Notes: a model not told the origin generated them from the sequence alone. Counted from the stretch's first letter, positions 8,637-18,311 are shown. The stretch is 33,242 nt of DNA from Dehalococcoidia bacterium (GCA_009377665.1 WHTO01000002.1:1-33242), one strand, 5' to 3'. Translations and numbers: made by a program.

Positions 8637-9683
8637 TCACTGGCCCTTACGCCTCTTCATGGCGCGGAAGAATCCGCTGTTCGGCTCCGGCGTCTTGCCG
8701 ACCCAGCGCACGAAGTCGCGAGCCACCTGTTCGAATTCGCGTTCCAGCCGCTGCATCTCCAGCCAGCGGCCGTTGGCCTCGTCGAGCGAGCCAGAGGTCG
8801 AGTTGCAGATCTCGTCCGCCTGGCGATTGGCCTCGGCGCGGATCTTGTCAGCGTCATCCATGGCCTTGCGGCGCAGCGCCTCTCCCTCGCCGCTGGCCTT
8901 GCCCACGATCGTGTCGGCGTCGCGCTGCGCGCGCTGCAGAGCCAGCTGAGCTTCGGTCGAGGCCTGGGCCTTGATCCGGTTGGCCTCTTCGAGAGCGCGG
9001 TTGAGGATCTCCACGGTGTGCTGTTCGGTCTGGCCCATCTGCTCGCGGACCCTGGCCAGGGCGTCGAGGCGGATCTCCGAGCCGCTCTCGTAGGCCTCCT
9101 CGAGGATCTGCCGGGCGCGGCGATAGACCTTGTCAAGGAAGGTTGGTGCATCCACGCCCTGGGCAAGAGTCCCAATCTCGGCTTCGATCGCCGGCGGCAC
9201 GGGGCCCTTCGCGGATATCGATAGCGACGATTCGGCCGGCTCTTCCCCCACCTTCTGCAGGCTCTTGCGCAGGCTGACCACGACCTCGTCGACGGACTCG
9301 TCCTTCACGGCGGGCCCCTTCGGCTCGGGGGTGTGGCCGTTGGTGCCCGGCCCTGGCAGTCCGAAAGCGCCGGGCATGCCATCCTTGCCGCTCCAGGTCG
9401 CGGTCAGATGTGAGCTATCTGTGACCACGATCCTCGCCTTGTGCCCGTTTTGGCCGTTGTGGCCGTTGACCGCGGCTTGCAGCGCCTCGGGGATGGGGTC
9501 GCCCGGCTGGCCATGGCCGTTCGCGTGCGCACCGTGACCGTTGCCCCCGGGATCCGAGGGAGGTGGCGTCGGCAGGTCGGAGCGATTCACGACCACCCGG
9601 CGCTGAACGCCCTCCTGGTGGCCTGGCGCACCATTGCCTCCGCGCTGGCGGTCGAATCTATCGGCGATGAATGTTGGTTCCAA
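8637..9683 (-). CDS. Hypothetical protein with disordered NGH-rich N-terminus and DivIVA-like coiled-coil C-terminus
   Basis: SD GGAGG 7 nt before TTG at 9683. Ala/Glu/Arg heptad-like repeats (ALEEANRIKAQA, AQRDADTIVGKA, AMDDADKIRAEANRQADEI). Confidence 0.7.
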   Translation of the reverse strand: MEPTFIADRFDRQRGGNGAPGHQEGVQRRVVVNRSDLPTPPPSDPGGNGHGAHANGHGQPGDPIPEALQAAVNGHNGQNGHKARIVVTDSSHLTATWSGKDGMPGAFGLPGPGTNGHTPEPKGPAVKDESVDEVVVSLRKSLQKVGEEPAESSLSISAKGPVPPAIEAEIGTLAQGVDAPTFLDKVYRRARQILEEAYESGSEIRLDALARVREQMGQTEQHTVEILNRALEEANRIKAQASTEAQLALQRAQRDADTIVGKASGEGEALRRKAMDDADKIRAEANRQADEICNSTSGSLDEANGRWLEMQRLEREFEQVARDFVRWVGKTPEPNSGFFRAMKRRKGQ

Positions 9684-9969
9684 GGTGAAGCCTCCGCTTA
9701 CAAGACGTCCAGGGTCGGATTGGATAGCTGCAAGTCTGGGGAATGCCCTATAGGGCCCGGCTACGGACACGGAGCCAGCCGGTTAGGTGGTCCTGACACG
9801 GTTGGCGATTCGCCAGTGGCGCTGTTCGCGCCGCGGCCGTCGACCCCGACCAGTCTTTACAGATCTCTGTCGGGTCTATTCGTATGGCACTCAGTGGTCC
9901 ACGACCAAGCTGATCCCCCTCGCTAAAGCTGTCTTATGGGCAGCTGGGGCCAGCAGATGCCTTACGCTG

Positions 9970-9989
9970 TCGTAACCATTCTGTTACGA
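9970..9989. promoter_or_regulatory. Palindromic candidate operator TCGTAAC-N6-GTTACGA
   Basis: Perfect 7-bp inverted repeat in the divergent intergenic region, with a related GTAA...TTAC at 9993-10009. Confidence 0.5.
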
Positions 9990-10114
9990 ACAGTAAGCCG
10001 TATGGTTACCCACTCGATTCCTCTTGTCAAGCGGGATGTGGTCACGCTAAGCTCTGGGTCCTAACGTAGGAAGAACAGGCTCCCCCTGGCGGGGCCGAGT
10101 CTTGCCCTGGCTCA

Positions 10115-11248
10115 ATGCCCCGGGGGTGGCCTGCTCTGCTTAGCAATCGACTGTTTGCCGTTCTGATAGTCGGCATCCTTGCCCTTGGCGTGATCGCCCT
10201 GGCGCAGCCCGCGACCCCGGTCTCGACGACCACCGCCGAGCCCTCCGAGGCGTCATCACAGGCCGCGTTGCGGCCAAGAATGATCAGAGGAATCAACCTC
10301 AACGTCTTCTCGCGCGGTTACCTCGGGTTTGACCGCAGCCATGCCCAGCTCGACGCCATGAAGGCCGCGGGCGTCACCTGGGTCGCCGTCGTGCCCAACT
10401 GGTACATGCCGACGAAGGAGTCCAACCAAATCCGCCGGCATCACGACACCCCGACGGACGCCTCGCTGCGTACCTTCATCCGCGAAGCGCACGAGCGCGG
10501 GATCAGGGTGCTCCTCAAGCCGCACGTCGATGTAGAGACGGGCGACTGGCGCGGCGAAATAACCCCGGCCAACGATGCAGCCTGGTTCAACAACTACAAG
10601 CGGATGATCACGGGCTACGCGCGCCTCGCCCAGCAGGAGGGCGTCGAGGCCCTGGTGATCGGCGTCGAATTCAACACCATGCAGGACCGCACGCTGCGCT
10701 GGCGCCAGGTAATCTCGGCCGTCCGCCGCGCGTACGACGGGCAGATCACCTACGCCGCGAACTGGAACGGCTACGACGGCGTCCAGTTCTGGGACGACCT
10801 CGATTGGATCGGCATCGACGCTTACTTTCCGCTCGCCGGTGGAAACCGCAATCCAAGGGTGGCCGGCATGACGCAGCGTCTACGCGGCCACCTCGATGCC
10901 GTGGAGGACTGGCGAACCCAGCAGGGACACCCCGTGTCCCGCAAGCCGGTCGTCATCACCGAGGTTGGCTACACCAGCGTCGACGGCGGCAGCCAGTCGC
11001 CTTCGCACTATCCCGACTCATGCGCCGAGCCGGGCGTCGTCGTCGACATGAACGAGCAGCGCGACGCCTACACCGCCCTCTTCCGCGCCATCAGCGAACG
11101 TCCGTGGCTGGCTGGCGTCTTCCTCTGGTGGTGGGACAACCCATCGACCAGCGACCACTACCCGCACGGCGATGACTGGGAGTGCTTCTACACGCCCCGC
11201 GGCAAGCCCGCGATGCGCGTCATCATTAACGCCTACCGCCGCCCCTGA
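10115..11248 (+). CDS. Secreted GH113-like glycoside hydrolase (beta-mannanase family)
   Basis: Signal/TM segment; VLLKPHVD, WRGEI, IGVEF (acid/base), ITYAANW, FWDDLDWIGIDAYFPL, ITEVGY (nucleophile). Confidence 0.8.
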   Translation: MPRGWPALLSNRLFAVLIVGILALGVIALAQPATPVSTTTAEPSEASSQAALRPRMIRGINLNVFSRGYLGFDRSHAQLDAMKAAGVTWVAVVPNWYMPTKESNQIRRHHDTPTDASLRTFIREAHERGIRVLLKPHVDVETGDWRGEITPANDAAWFNNYKRMITGYARLAQQEGVEALVIGVEFNTMQDRTLRWRQVISAVRRAYDGQITYAANWNGYDGVQFWDDLDWIGIDAYFPLAGGNRNPRVAGMTQRLRGHLDAVEDWRTQQGHPVSRKPVVITEVGYTSVDGGSQSPSHYPDSCAEPGVVVDMNEQRDAYTALFRAISERPWLAGVFLWWWDNPSTSDHYPHGDDWECFYTPRGKPAMRVIINAYRRP

Positions 11249-11385
11249 CCGCGCCCACGAGAGGCCTCCCGCGAGAGTCGTCGCGAATTCGCCACAGCGG
11301 ATTGCTTCGGGCCTAGTTAGGTGGGCGGTTCGCCATCAGCCAGGAAGGGGCAACCCTCGCCTGGACTGTCCTAACGTGGTCGCGA

Positions 11386-12774
11386 TCAGATGCCGGCCAA
11401 CGACGCCGGCGGCGCAACCTCCACCTTCCGCGGCTTGATGTGGCGCTCGACGATGGTGGCGCTCCCCGGCACGGCCAGCTGCTCGAAGAGAAAGGCGAAC
11501 TTGTCCTCCAGCGCCTGCGATATCGGCGCCATCCGCTCCTCCGGCATATCCCAGATCGGCTGCTTGAAGGTGCCCCAGGCCCGCTTGCGCTGCCTGTAGT
11601 AGAACTGCTGCTCGGTCTCGCCCTCTTCAAGCTTGAATTGATCCCTGAGCCAGCCGTACATCTCGTCCTTCAGCGCCGGGTCGAACGAGGCCGCGTCGAG
11701 GACGATGTTCTGGAAGCCGGTGGCCAGGTGAATCTCGGTCGTGCCCGTCTCGGGAAACTTGTGGAACATCTCGTCGGGGAGCGTCGAAGCGCCGTGTTGC
11801 ACCGCACCCGCCATCCCATAATCTTCGCGAGCGACGCGCGAGAGGTCGCGCAGCGTGTCGAAGTCGAGGGCCACGCTGGCAATCGTGCCGTCGGCCAGGA
11901 CGACGCCGCCGTGCGACGTGCCGCTCTGCACGCTGACCTTCGACGGACCCTTGTAGCCACCGCGCTCAGCCAGCCGGCGCTTGAATCCGTCCATATAGGC
12001 GCGAAGCTCCTCGACGGTGCTGTTCTGCTTGCCGACCTCGCCGATCTCGCCGCCCACGGAGATCTCGTTGCCGGGTAGCTCGCGGTCGCGGACGTGCGCC
12101 GTCAGCTCGGCCGCCGTCTCATAGTTCGGCTTCTGCTGAGAGTCGAGGTCGGGCTGCGAGAGGTCGACCAGCGTGCTCGAATCGATGTCGATGTTGAAGA
12201 ACCCGGATTCGACAGACTCGTTGATCAGCGTTTTGATGGCGCTGATCTCCGGCTCAGGGTCGCTCGACCACTTCTTCCTATCCACCTGGTAGTGGTCGCC
12301 CTGGATAAAGACCGGCGCGTCCCATTTTTCGGCGAGCGCCGCCGCCAGCACGATGGGCGCGTACTCCGAAGGCGGCATCTTGCAATAGCCCATCTCCGAC
12401 CTGGCCAGCTCCATCACGACAAGCCTGCCGTCCATCTTCTTCGCCGCCCTGTAGGCCGCGCGGATCTCGTGGTAGGCCAGCCCGCGGGCGTTGATCGCCG
12501 GGACCGTGACCCCGCTCCACTCGCCGCGGCCGCGCGCGGCATAGGCATCCTGGATAGAAGCCGGGAGGATCCCGCGTGACGCCGCGAGCTCGCGAATCAA
12601 CCAGCGCGCCGCCTGCCTGACGTCGTCACCCCCGAAGGTCGAGGCCCACACCAGTCGGTCGACGTCCGGGCTGTCAACGGTCGTCGCGTCGACCTTGATC
12701 CGGCCGTCCGCTGTGCCAACGACCCCATCGAGGGCGCGGAGAAGTTCCTGCGTCTGGCTCGCGACGGAAACCAT
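11386..12774 (-). CDS. Class II fructose-bisphosphate aldolase family protein (long form)
   Basis: VPAINAR, GDHYQV, GGEIGEVG, GTSHGG, VQHGASTL motifs; SD AGGAGG. Confidence 0.85.
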   Translation of the reverse strand: MVSVASQTQELLRALDGVVGTADGRIKVDATTVDSPDVDRLVWASTFGGDDVRQAARWLIRELAASRGILPASIQDAYAARGRGEWSGVTVPAINARGLAYHEIRAAYRAAKKMDGRLVVMELARSEMGYCKMPPSEYAPIVLAAALAEKWDAPVFIQGDHYQVDRKKWSSDPEPEISAIKTLINESVESGFFNIDIDSSTLVDLSQPDLDSQQKPNYETAAELTAHVRDRELPGNEISVGGEIGEVGKQNSTVEELRAYMDGFKRRLAERGGYKGPSKVSVQSGTSHGGVVLADGTIASVALDFDTLRDLSRVAREDYGMAGAVQHGASTLPDEMFHKFPETGTTEIHLATGFQNIVLDAASFDPALKDEMYGWLRDQFKLEEGETEQQFYYRQRKRAWGTFKQPIWDMPEERMAPISQALEDKFAFLFEQLAVPGSATIVERHIKPRKVEVAPPASLAGI

Positions 12775-12909
12775 TTCAAGTTCCTCCTGTGTGACGGCCC
12801 TGGCCGGTTCCTGGGACGCGGCTTACAGGACCTTAACAACTCTATGATGCCACTAGTCCGCCATGCGCCAAGTGAGCCACGGCGGTGAACTTTTATCCAG
12901 GCGGGGAAG

Positions 12910-14202
12910 ATGACAGCGGTGCGAAGAAATTCATGGAGTGGAAGCGCGTTTACCTCGCTGCGCAATCATCAGTTCCGCATCCTCTCCGCAGGTTCGTTCG
13001 GGGCTTTCCTGGCCTTCATGATGTCGTCGACAGCCCAGAACGTGGTCGCCTTCGACCTGACCGGCAACAACCGCGCCGTTGGTTTCGTCGCCTTCGGCCA
13101 GGGCATCGCCATGCTTGTCTTCCCGCCCTTCGGCGGGGCGTTGGCGGACAGGTTCTCCAAGCGGCTGATGCTCCTGGTCTGCCAGGGGATCATCGGCCTG
13201 GTCACCCTGGTCGTCGCCGTGCTGCTGGCCACGGGCGACATCACCATCCTCTACCTGAGCATGGGCGCCTTCGTCACAGGTGTGATGTTCTCGCTGGTCG
13301 GCCCAACCCGCCTGGCCCTGATCGGGGAGATAGTGGAACCGGCTCACCGGGGCAACGCGGCCGCGCTAACCCAGGTTGCCCTGGCCTCGGCCCGGGTCAT
13401 CGGACCCTTCTGCGCCGGCGGTCTGCTCGCCTGGGAGGCGTTCGGTGCGGCAGGGACCTACTTTATCACCGCCGTGATCTTCATCATCGTCGTGGCCACG
13501 CTGTCGTTCCTGCCTCCGACCAGGAGCCGGCACGATCGAGCAGCGTCATCAATCGGGCAGGACGTGGTCATCGGCCTGCGTTACGTCCGGGACAACCGGG
13601 ACGTCCTGCGCCTGGTGATGGGCTTCTTCCTCGTCGTGACCTTCGGATTCTCCTACCTCACTGTGCTTCCCGGCTTCGCTGACCAGGAGTTGCACGTGGG
13701 CGCGGCCGGCTTCGGCACCCTCGTCGGTGTGTCCGCGATCGGAGGCCTGATGGTGAGCCTCGCCTTCGCACCGATCGCCGACTCGCCACGCGGGTCGACC
13801 CTGCTCCTTTCCTCCAGCTTGGCCACGGGTATCAGCATCTTTCTGCTGGCCTTGGCTCCCGGGTTTGTCTTCGCCCTGGTGCTGATCTTTTTCGTGGGCG
13901 GCGCAACCAGCGGCTTCCAGACACTAAACAACGCGCTCGCTCTCAGGCACGCCGACCCCCTCTATTACGGACGGCTGATGTCGCTGATGATCCTGGCCTG
14001 GGGGGCCGTGGGGTTGGTCGCCCTGCCGATCGGTATCCTCGCCGACGCGGTCGGGGAACGCGCGACGCTAATGGCGATTGGCGTCACCGTCTGCGCGCTT
14101 GTCATCGGGAGCGAAGCGGCCTTCGCTCGGCTCCACCCTGCGGGCGCGGCCGAGCCCAAACTCGGAGAGAAAGCCGACCTGACGCCGGCTGACCGGTCTT
14201 AG
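12910..14202 (+). CDS. MFS transporter
   Basis: About 12 hydrophobic segments; MFS motif A GGALADRFSKR. Confidence 0.92.
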   Translation: MTAVRRNSWSGSAFTSLRNHQFRILSAGSFGAFLAFMMSSTAQNVVAFDLTGNNRAVGFVAFGQGIAMLVFPPFGGALADRFSKRLMLLVCQGIIGLVTLVVAVLLATGDITILYLSMGAFVTGVMFSLVGPTRLALIGEIVEPAHRGNAAALTQVALASARVIGPFCAGGLLAWEAFGAAGTYFITAVIFIIVVATLSFLPPTRSRHDRAASSIGQDVVIGLRYVRDNRDVLRLVMGFFLVVTFGFSYLTVLPGFADQELHVGAAGFGTLVGVSAIGGLMVSLAFAPIADSPRGSTLLLSSSLATGISIFLLALAPGFVFALVLIFFVGGATSGFQTLNNALALRHADPLYYGRLMSLMILAWGAVGLVALPIGILADAVGERATLMAIGVTVCALVIGSEAAFARLHPAGAAEPKLGEKADLTPADRS

Positions 14203-14302
14203 GCAAACGCCACGGGCGACAACCCAGAGGCTCACCCTTGAAGGGCACGGACGAACTGCCGAGACATGATCGAGAAGCGCTCAGCAGCAGGAGGGACGAG
14301 CG

Positions 14303-14482
14303 ATGCACGACGACCAGGGGACGGACAGGCACGCCCGCGATCAGCGCCTCCGGCTGGACGCCCTATTGGAGCGCGACCGGCGGCTAACCGAGCGCCTCGA
14401 AGGCACCATGAAGAAGGCAGACGCCGCTATCGATGCCTGGGAAACGACGCGCGACGCACTGCCGGGGCGCGGCAGGCTCTGA
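14303..14482 (+). CDS. Small 59-aa helical hypothetical protein (below the ORF-track cutoff)
   Basis: SD AGGAGG at 14289-14294. MHDDQGTDRHARDQRLRLDALLERDRRLTERLEGTMKKADAAIDAWETTRDALPGRGRL*. Confidence 0.6.
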   Translation: MHDDQGTDRHARDQRLRLDALLERDRRLTERLEGTMKKADAAIDAWETTRDALPGRGRL

Positions 14483-14492
14483 GGGCGAGGAG

Positions 14493-14569
14493 TGGTGGGC
14501 GATAGAGGGCTCGAACCTCTGACCTCCTCGGTGTAAGCGAGGCGCTCTAGCCATCTGAGCTAATCGCCC
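14493..14569 (-). tRNA. tRNA-Val(TAC)
   Basis: GGGCGATTAGCTCAGATGGCTAGAGCG CCTCG-CTTACAC-CGAGG AGGTCAGAGGTTCGAGCCCTCTATCGCCCACCA; cloverleaf with encoded CCA. Confidence 0.97.
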
Positions 14570-14889
14570 TCGCTCAGATCGTAGGGCGCGCTGGCAAGGC
14601 GGGGCAATTGGGTGTCACCCCGAGGGCCGAACGGGACGCCCCGTAAGGATGCGTCGCCTTGCGCGCGGCGTTGAGGCAGGAACAAACGAAGTGGGCGCCG
14701 GCAACTACCAAACGCGGTTTCCTGGAAGCTCGCCAGCGGCGTGCCCTGGCATCGATTGTCGAGGCGCCGGGCCGTGACTGAGGGTTGGCGCGACCGTATT
14801 GGGCCCAGCCCGGATTACCTATAGGACTCATGCCCACCAGGGCAGTGCCTGCGTCCGCGGACACGTATCATGGGCAGGCAGAGGAAATC

Positions 14890-16059
14890 TTGGACGGCAA
14901 CATTAGAGTCGCCCGCATCGCGGGCATCGACCTGCTCATTCATTGGAGCTGGTTCCTCATCTTCGGCTTCCTAACGTACTCCCTGGGCGCCGACGACGGG
15001 CTCTATGCCGAGATGTTCGACTGGGCCGCGCGCGAGCGTTATCTCATTGGCGCGATATCGGCCTTCCTGTTCTTCGCCAGCGTGATCGCGCACGAGCTCT
15101 CCCATTCGTTGCTGGCGTTGCGCCTGGGCATCCCGGTCAAGAGCATCACGATCTTCATCTTTGGCGGCGTCTCTGCCCTGGAGCGCGAACCGGACAACGC
15201 CAGGCACGAGTTCTGGATCGCCTTCGTCGGCCCTGGCATGAGCTTCCTGCTTGCCGCCGTGTTCGGCGTCCTCTGGTTCCTCTTCGCCGGGACCAGCACC
15301 CACATCGGCGCGATCACCGGCTACCTCTCTCTGATCAACGTCGCCACCGGCGCCTTCAACCTGGTGCCCGGCTATCCGCTCGACGGAGGAAGGGTCCTGC
15401 GCTCCATCCTCTGGGGGCTGAAGCGAAACCTCCTTGTCGCCACGCGCATAGCGGCGCGTGTCGGCACCCTGACCGCCTATCTCCTCATGGCCGCCGGGAT
15501 CTTCATGTTCTTCAGCTTTGGCAACATCATCGGCGGGATCTGGCTGATCTTCATCGGCTTCTTCCTGAAGAACGCGTCGGAGACCAGTTACGAGCAGCTC
15601 TTGCTCGACCAGACCCTCAAGGGCGTAACCGCCGGTTCCCTTATGAACCGGACTTACGAGTCAGTCCCTCCCGACATGGCGTTGCAGGAGCTGATCGACA
15701 AGCACCTCTTCCGCACCCGCTTCGTCGCGGTCATGGTCGAGACCAATCTCCTCGGCGTGATCACCGCCTCCGACATCAAGGAGGTGCCCCAGACCGAGTG
15801 GGAGACCCGCAGCGTCTATCGGACGATGACCCCGCGCGAGAAGCTGCACGTCGTTCAACCCACCACGCCCATAACCGAGGCCCTGCAGATCATGGCCGAG
15901 CACGACATCCACCAGGTGCCGGTGATCGCCACCTACGACCTCCTGGGTTTCGTCACGCGCGGCGACGTGCTGCGCTTCATCGAGTTCCGCGCCAACCTCA
16001 GGCCGCCCGCGCAGGGTGAGCGGGAGCAAGAGCGTGGAGCCGAAGCCCCCCTTAGCTAA
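14890..16059 (+). CDS. Site-2 protease (M50) with tandem CBS domains
   Basis: HELSH, FNLVPGYPLDGGR, C-terminal CBS pair. TTG start at 14890 after GAGG. Confidence 0.92.
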   Translation: MDGNIRVARIAGIDLLIHWSWFLIFGFLTYSLGADDGLYAEMFDWAARERYLIGAISAFLFFASVIAHELSHSLLALRLGIPVKSITIFIFGGVSALEREPDNARHEFWIAFVGPGMSFLLAAVFGVLWFLFAGTSTHIGAITGYLSLINVATGAFNLVPGYPLDGGRVLRSILWGLKRNLLVATRIAARVGTLTAYLLMAAGIFMFFSFGNIIGGIWLIFIGFFLKNASETSYEQLLLDQTLKGVTAGSLMNRTYESVPPDMALQELIDKHLFRTRFVAVMVETNLLGVITASDIKEVPQTEWETRSVYRTMTPREKLHVVQPTTPITEALQIMAEHDIHQVPVIATYDLLGFVTRGDVLRFIEFRANLRPPAQGEREQERGAEAPLS

Positions 16060-18273
16060 CCCGCTCCAGTGGGGCGAACGAGACCAGGAGCCGCTTGACG
16101 CCGGGCTCGCCCTTGAAGGCCACCGTTACCTCACGATCGCTGCCGCGGTCTGCGGTAGCGACGATTATGCCTTCGCCGAACTTGGCGTGGCGCACCCTGT
16201 CGCCGGCGCGATAGTCCGCGTCTACGGCTGAATCGTCCCCGCCGGCAACGCGCCGCCGTTCGACCTGGGCATGGACTCGTGAGCGAGCACGGAGGTCCGG
16301 CTCCGTGATCTCGCGCCGGCGGAAATCCACGAGGTGGGCGGGATGTCTTTCCAGTAGCGCGATGGCGGGTTGGCCGAGCTCATGCCGTGGCGGACCCGGC
16401 GGACGGCCCGCAGCAGAAACAGGTGCTCCCGGGCGCGCGTCAGCCCGACGTAGCAGAGCCTCCGCTCTTCCTCCATCTGAGCCGTGCTGTCGAAGGATCG
16501 AATGTGCGGCAGGATACCCTCTTCGAGGCCGACCATGAACACGTTGGCGTACTCGAGGCCCTTCGCCGCGTGCAGGGTAATCAGGGTCACGGCGTCGCTG
16601 CGGTTATCGATGGTGTCCGCGTCCGAGACGAGGGCGATCTCCTCGAGGAACGACCCCAGCGCCGCATCGGGCGTCAGCTCCGCGTACTGGGCCGCGACGT
16701 TCTTAAGCTCCTCCACGTTGTCCCATCGCTCGTCGCTGTCGTCGAAGGAGCTCTGCAGGTGGCGGCGATAGTCAGTCGCCCGGCTGATTTCCTCGATTAA
16801 CTCGTAAGTGCTGACGGCAGCCCCCCGTTCGATCAGGCGGTTCAGGAGGTCGAGGAACCCGAGCAGCGCCGCCAGCGACCTCGATGCGAACGACGGTGGG
16901 CTGTCGACGCTGACCTCGCCCTCGCGCCAGTCGCGCAGCAGCTGCAACCCCGTGTAGGCAGGCACACCGAGGCCGCGCGACCAGCGCTGAAGCTCCTCGA
17001 TCGACCGATCACCAATCCCGCGGGCGGGCAGATTGATCACGCGCAGCAGGCTGACGCTGTCGAATGGGTTATGGACGAGACGCAGGTAGGCGAGGATGTC
17101 CTTGACCTCGCGGCGCTCGTAGAAACGGGTGCCCCCGACCAGCCGGTACGGTATGCGGGGGCGTGCCTCGACCAGGGCTTCCTCCATCGCGCGTGACTGG
17201 GCGTTGGTCCGGTACATCACCGCGAAGTCGTTGAATCCGTACCCCTTCTCTCGCTGCAGGCGGCGAATCTCCCGGATCACGAAGGCGGCTTCCTCCCCGC
17301 CGTCGTAGGCTTCGAAGCCTACGACCGGGCTGCCCTGGCCCCGGTTCGTGTTCATGCGCGTGGTTCGTCTGCGGCCCGGATGCTCCGAGATCACGGCGTG
17401 GGCAACGTCGAGGATCGTCTGCGTCGAACGATAGTTTTCCTCCAGCAGGACAACCTGGCAGTCCGGAAAGTCCCGCTCGAAGTTGGTGATGTTGCGAATG
17501 TCCGCCGACCGCCATGAGTAGATCGACTGGTCGGGGTCGCCGACGACGCAGATGTTCCCGTGCACCGACGCGACCTGCCTGGCCAGCGTGTACTGGGCAA
17601 GGTTCGTGTCCTGGAACTCGTCGATCAGCACATGGAGATAGCGATCGGCGTACCTCTGGCGCACGTCAGGTAGCTCTCGGAAGAGGTTCACCGTCTGGCC
17701 CAGGAGGTCGTCGAAGTCCAGGGCGTGCGCTTCGGCGAGTGCCGCTTCGTAACCGCGGTAGGCGCGCGCCACGACCTCATCGAAGTAGTTGCCGCTGCGC
17801 TTCGCGAACCCGGAGGCGTCGATCAGCTCGTTCTTCGCGCGCGAGATGACCGACAGCACCGAGCGGGGCGAGAACTGGCGGGGCTCGATGTTGTTCGCCT
17901 CCAGCACGGCCTTGATCAGCCGTATCTGGTCGTCGTCGTCGTAGATCGTGAAGCTGCGGTCGATGCCGAGCTTGTCGCCGTCGCGTCGCAGGAAGCGCGC
18001 GCAGACCGAGTGGAAGGTCCCGATGGTGATGTCGCCCACCGTATCCCCGAGGAGACCCTCAACGCGGTCGCGCATCTCGCGCGATGCCTTGTTGGTGAAG
18101 GTCACCGCCAGCACGCGGTAGGGCGGCACGCCGCCCTCCAGGACCAGGTTGGCGATGCGGTGGGCGATCACCCGCGTCTTGCCGCTGCCCGGTCCGGCCA
18201 GGATCAGCATTGGGCCGTCCAGCGTCTCCACGGCGCGGCGTTGTGCGGGGTTCAGTGCGGCGAGGATATCCAT
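16052..18273 (-). CDS. pcrA: PcrA/UvrD SF1 helicase with a 1-nt frameshift near 16336 separating the C-terminal Tudor-like domain
   Basis: AGPGSGKT, TFTNKA, DEFQDTN, VGDPDQSIY, YRTNAQSR, TLHAAKGLEY, EEERRLCYVGLTRA. The C-terminal GDRVRHAKFGEG...KRLL lies in another frame (16052-16330). Confidence 0.92.
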
Positions 18274-18286
18274 GGGGGGCGTCGCC

Positions 18287-18311
18287 ATTCTACCATCGGG
18301 TTGGCGTCAAT
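18287..18311 (-). promoter_or_regulatory. pcrA promoter: ATTGACGC-N11-TAGAAT (extended -10 TGnTAGAAT)
   Basis: Seen directly. Back-to-back with a plus-strand TATACT (18319-18324) for the divergent gene. Confidence 0.55.

Noticed and set aside
11307-11376. Integron attC site or hammerhead ribozyme
   Set aside because: The GTT and AAC cores are in the wrong order for attC and there is no integrase; the hammerhead CUGAnGA/GAAA core is incomplete.
14202-14265. c-di-GMP-I riboswitch-like GGCAAAC...CTGCCG
   Set aside because: Lacks the GNRA-capped stem and the GCAAAG junction; only the ends resemble the motif.
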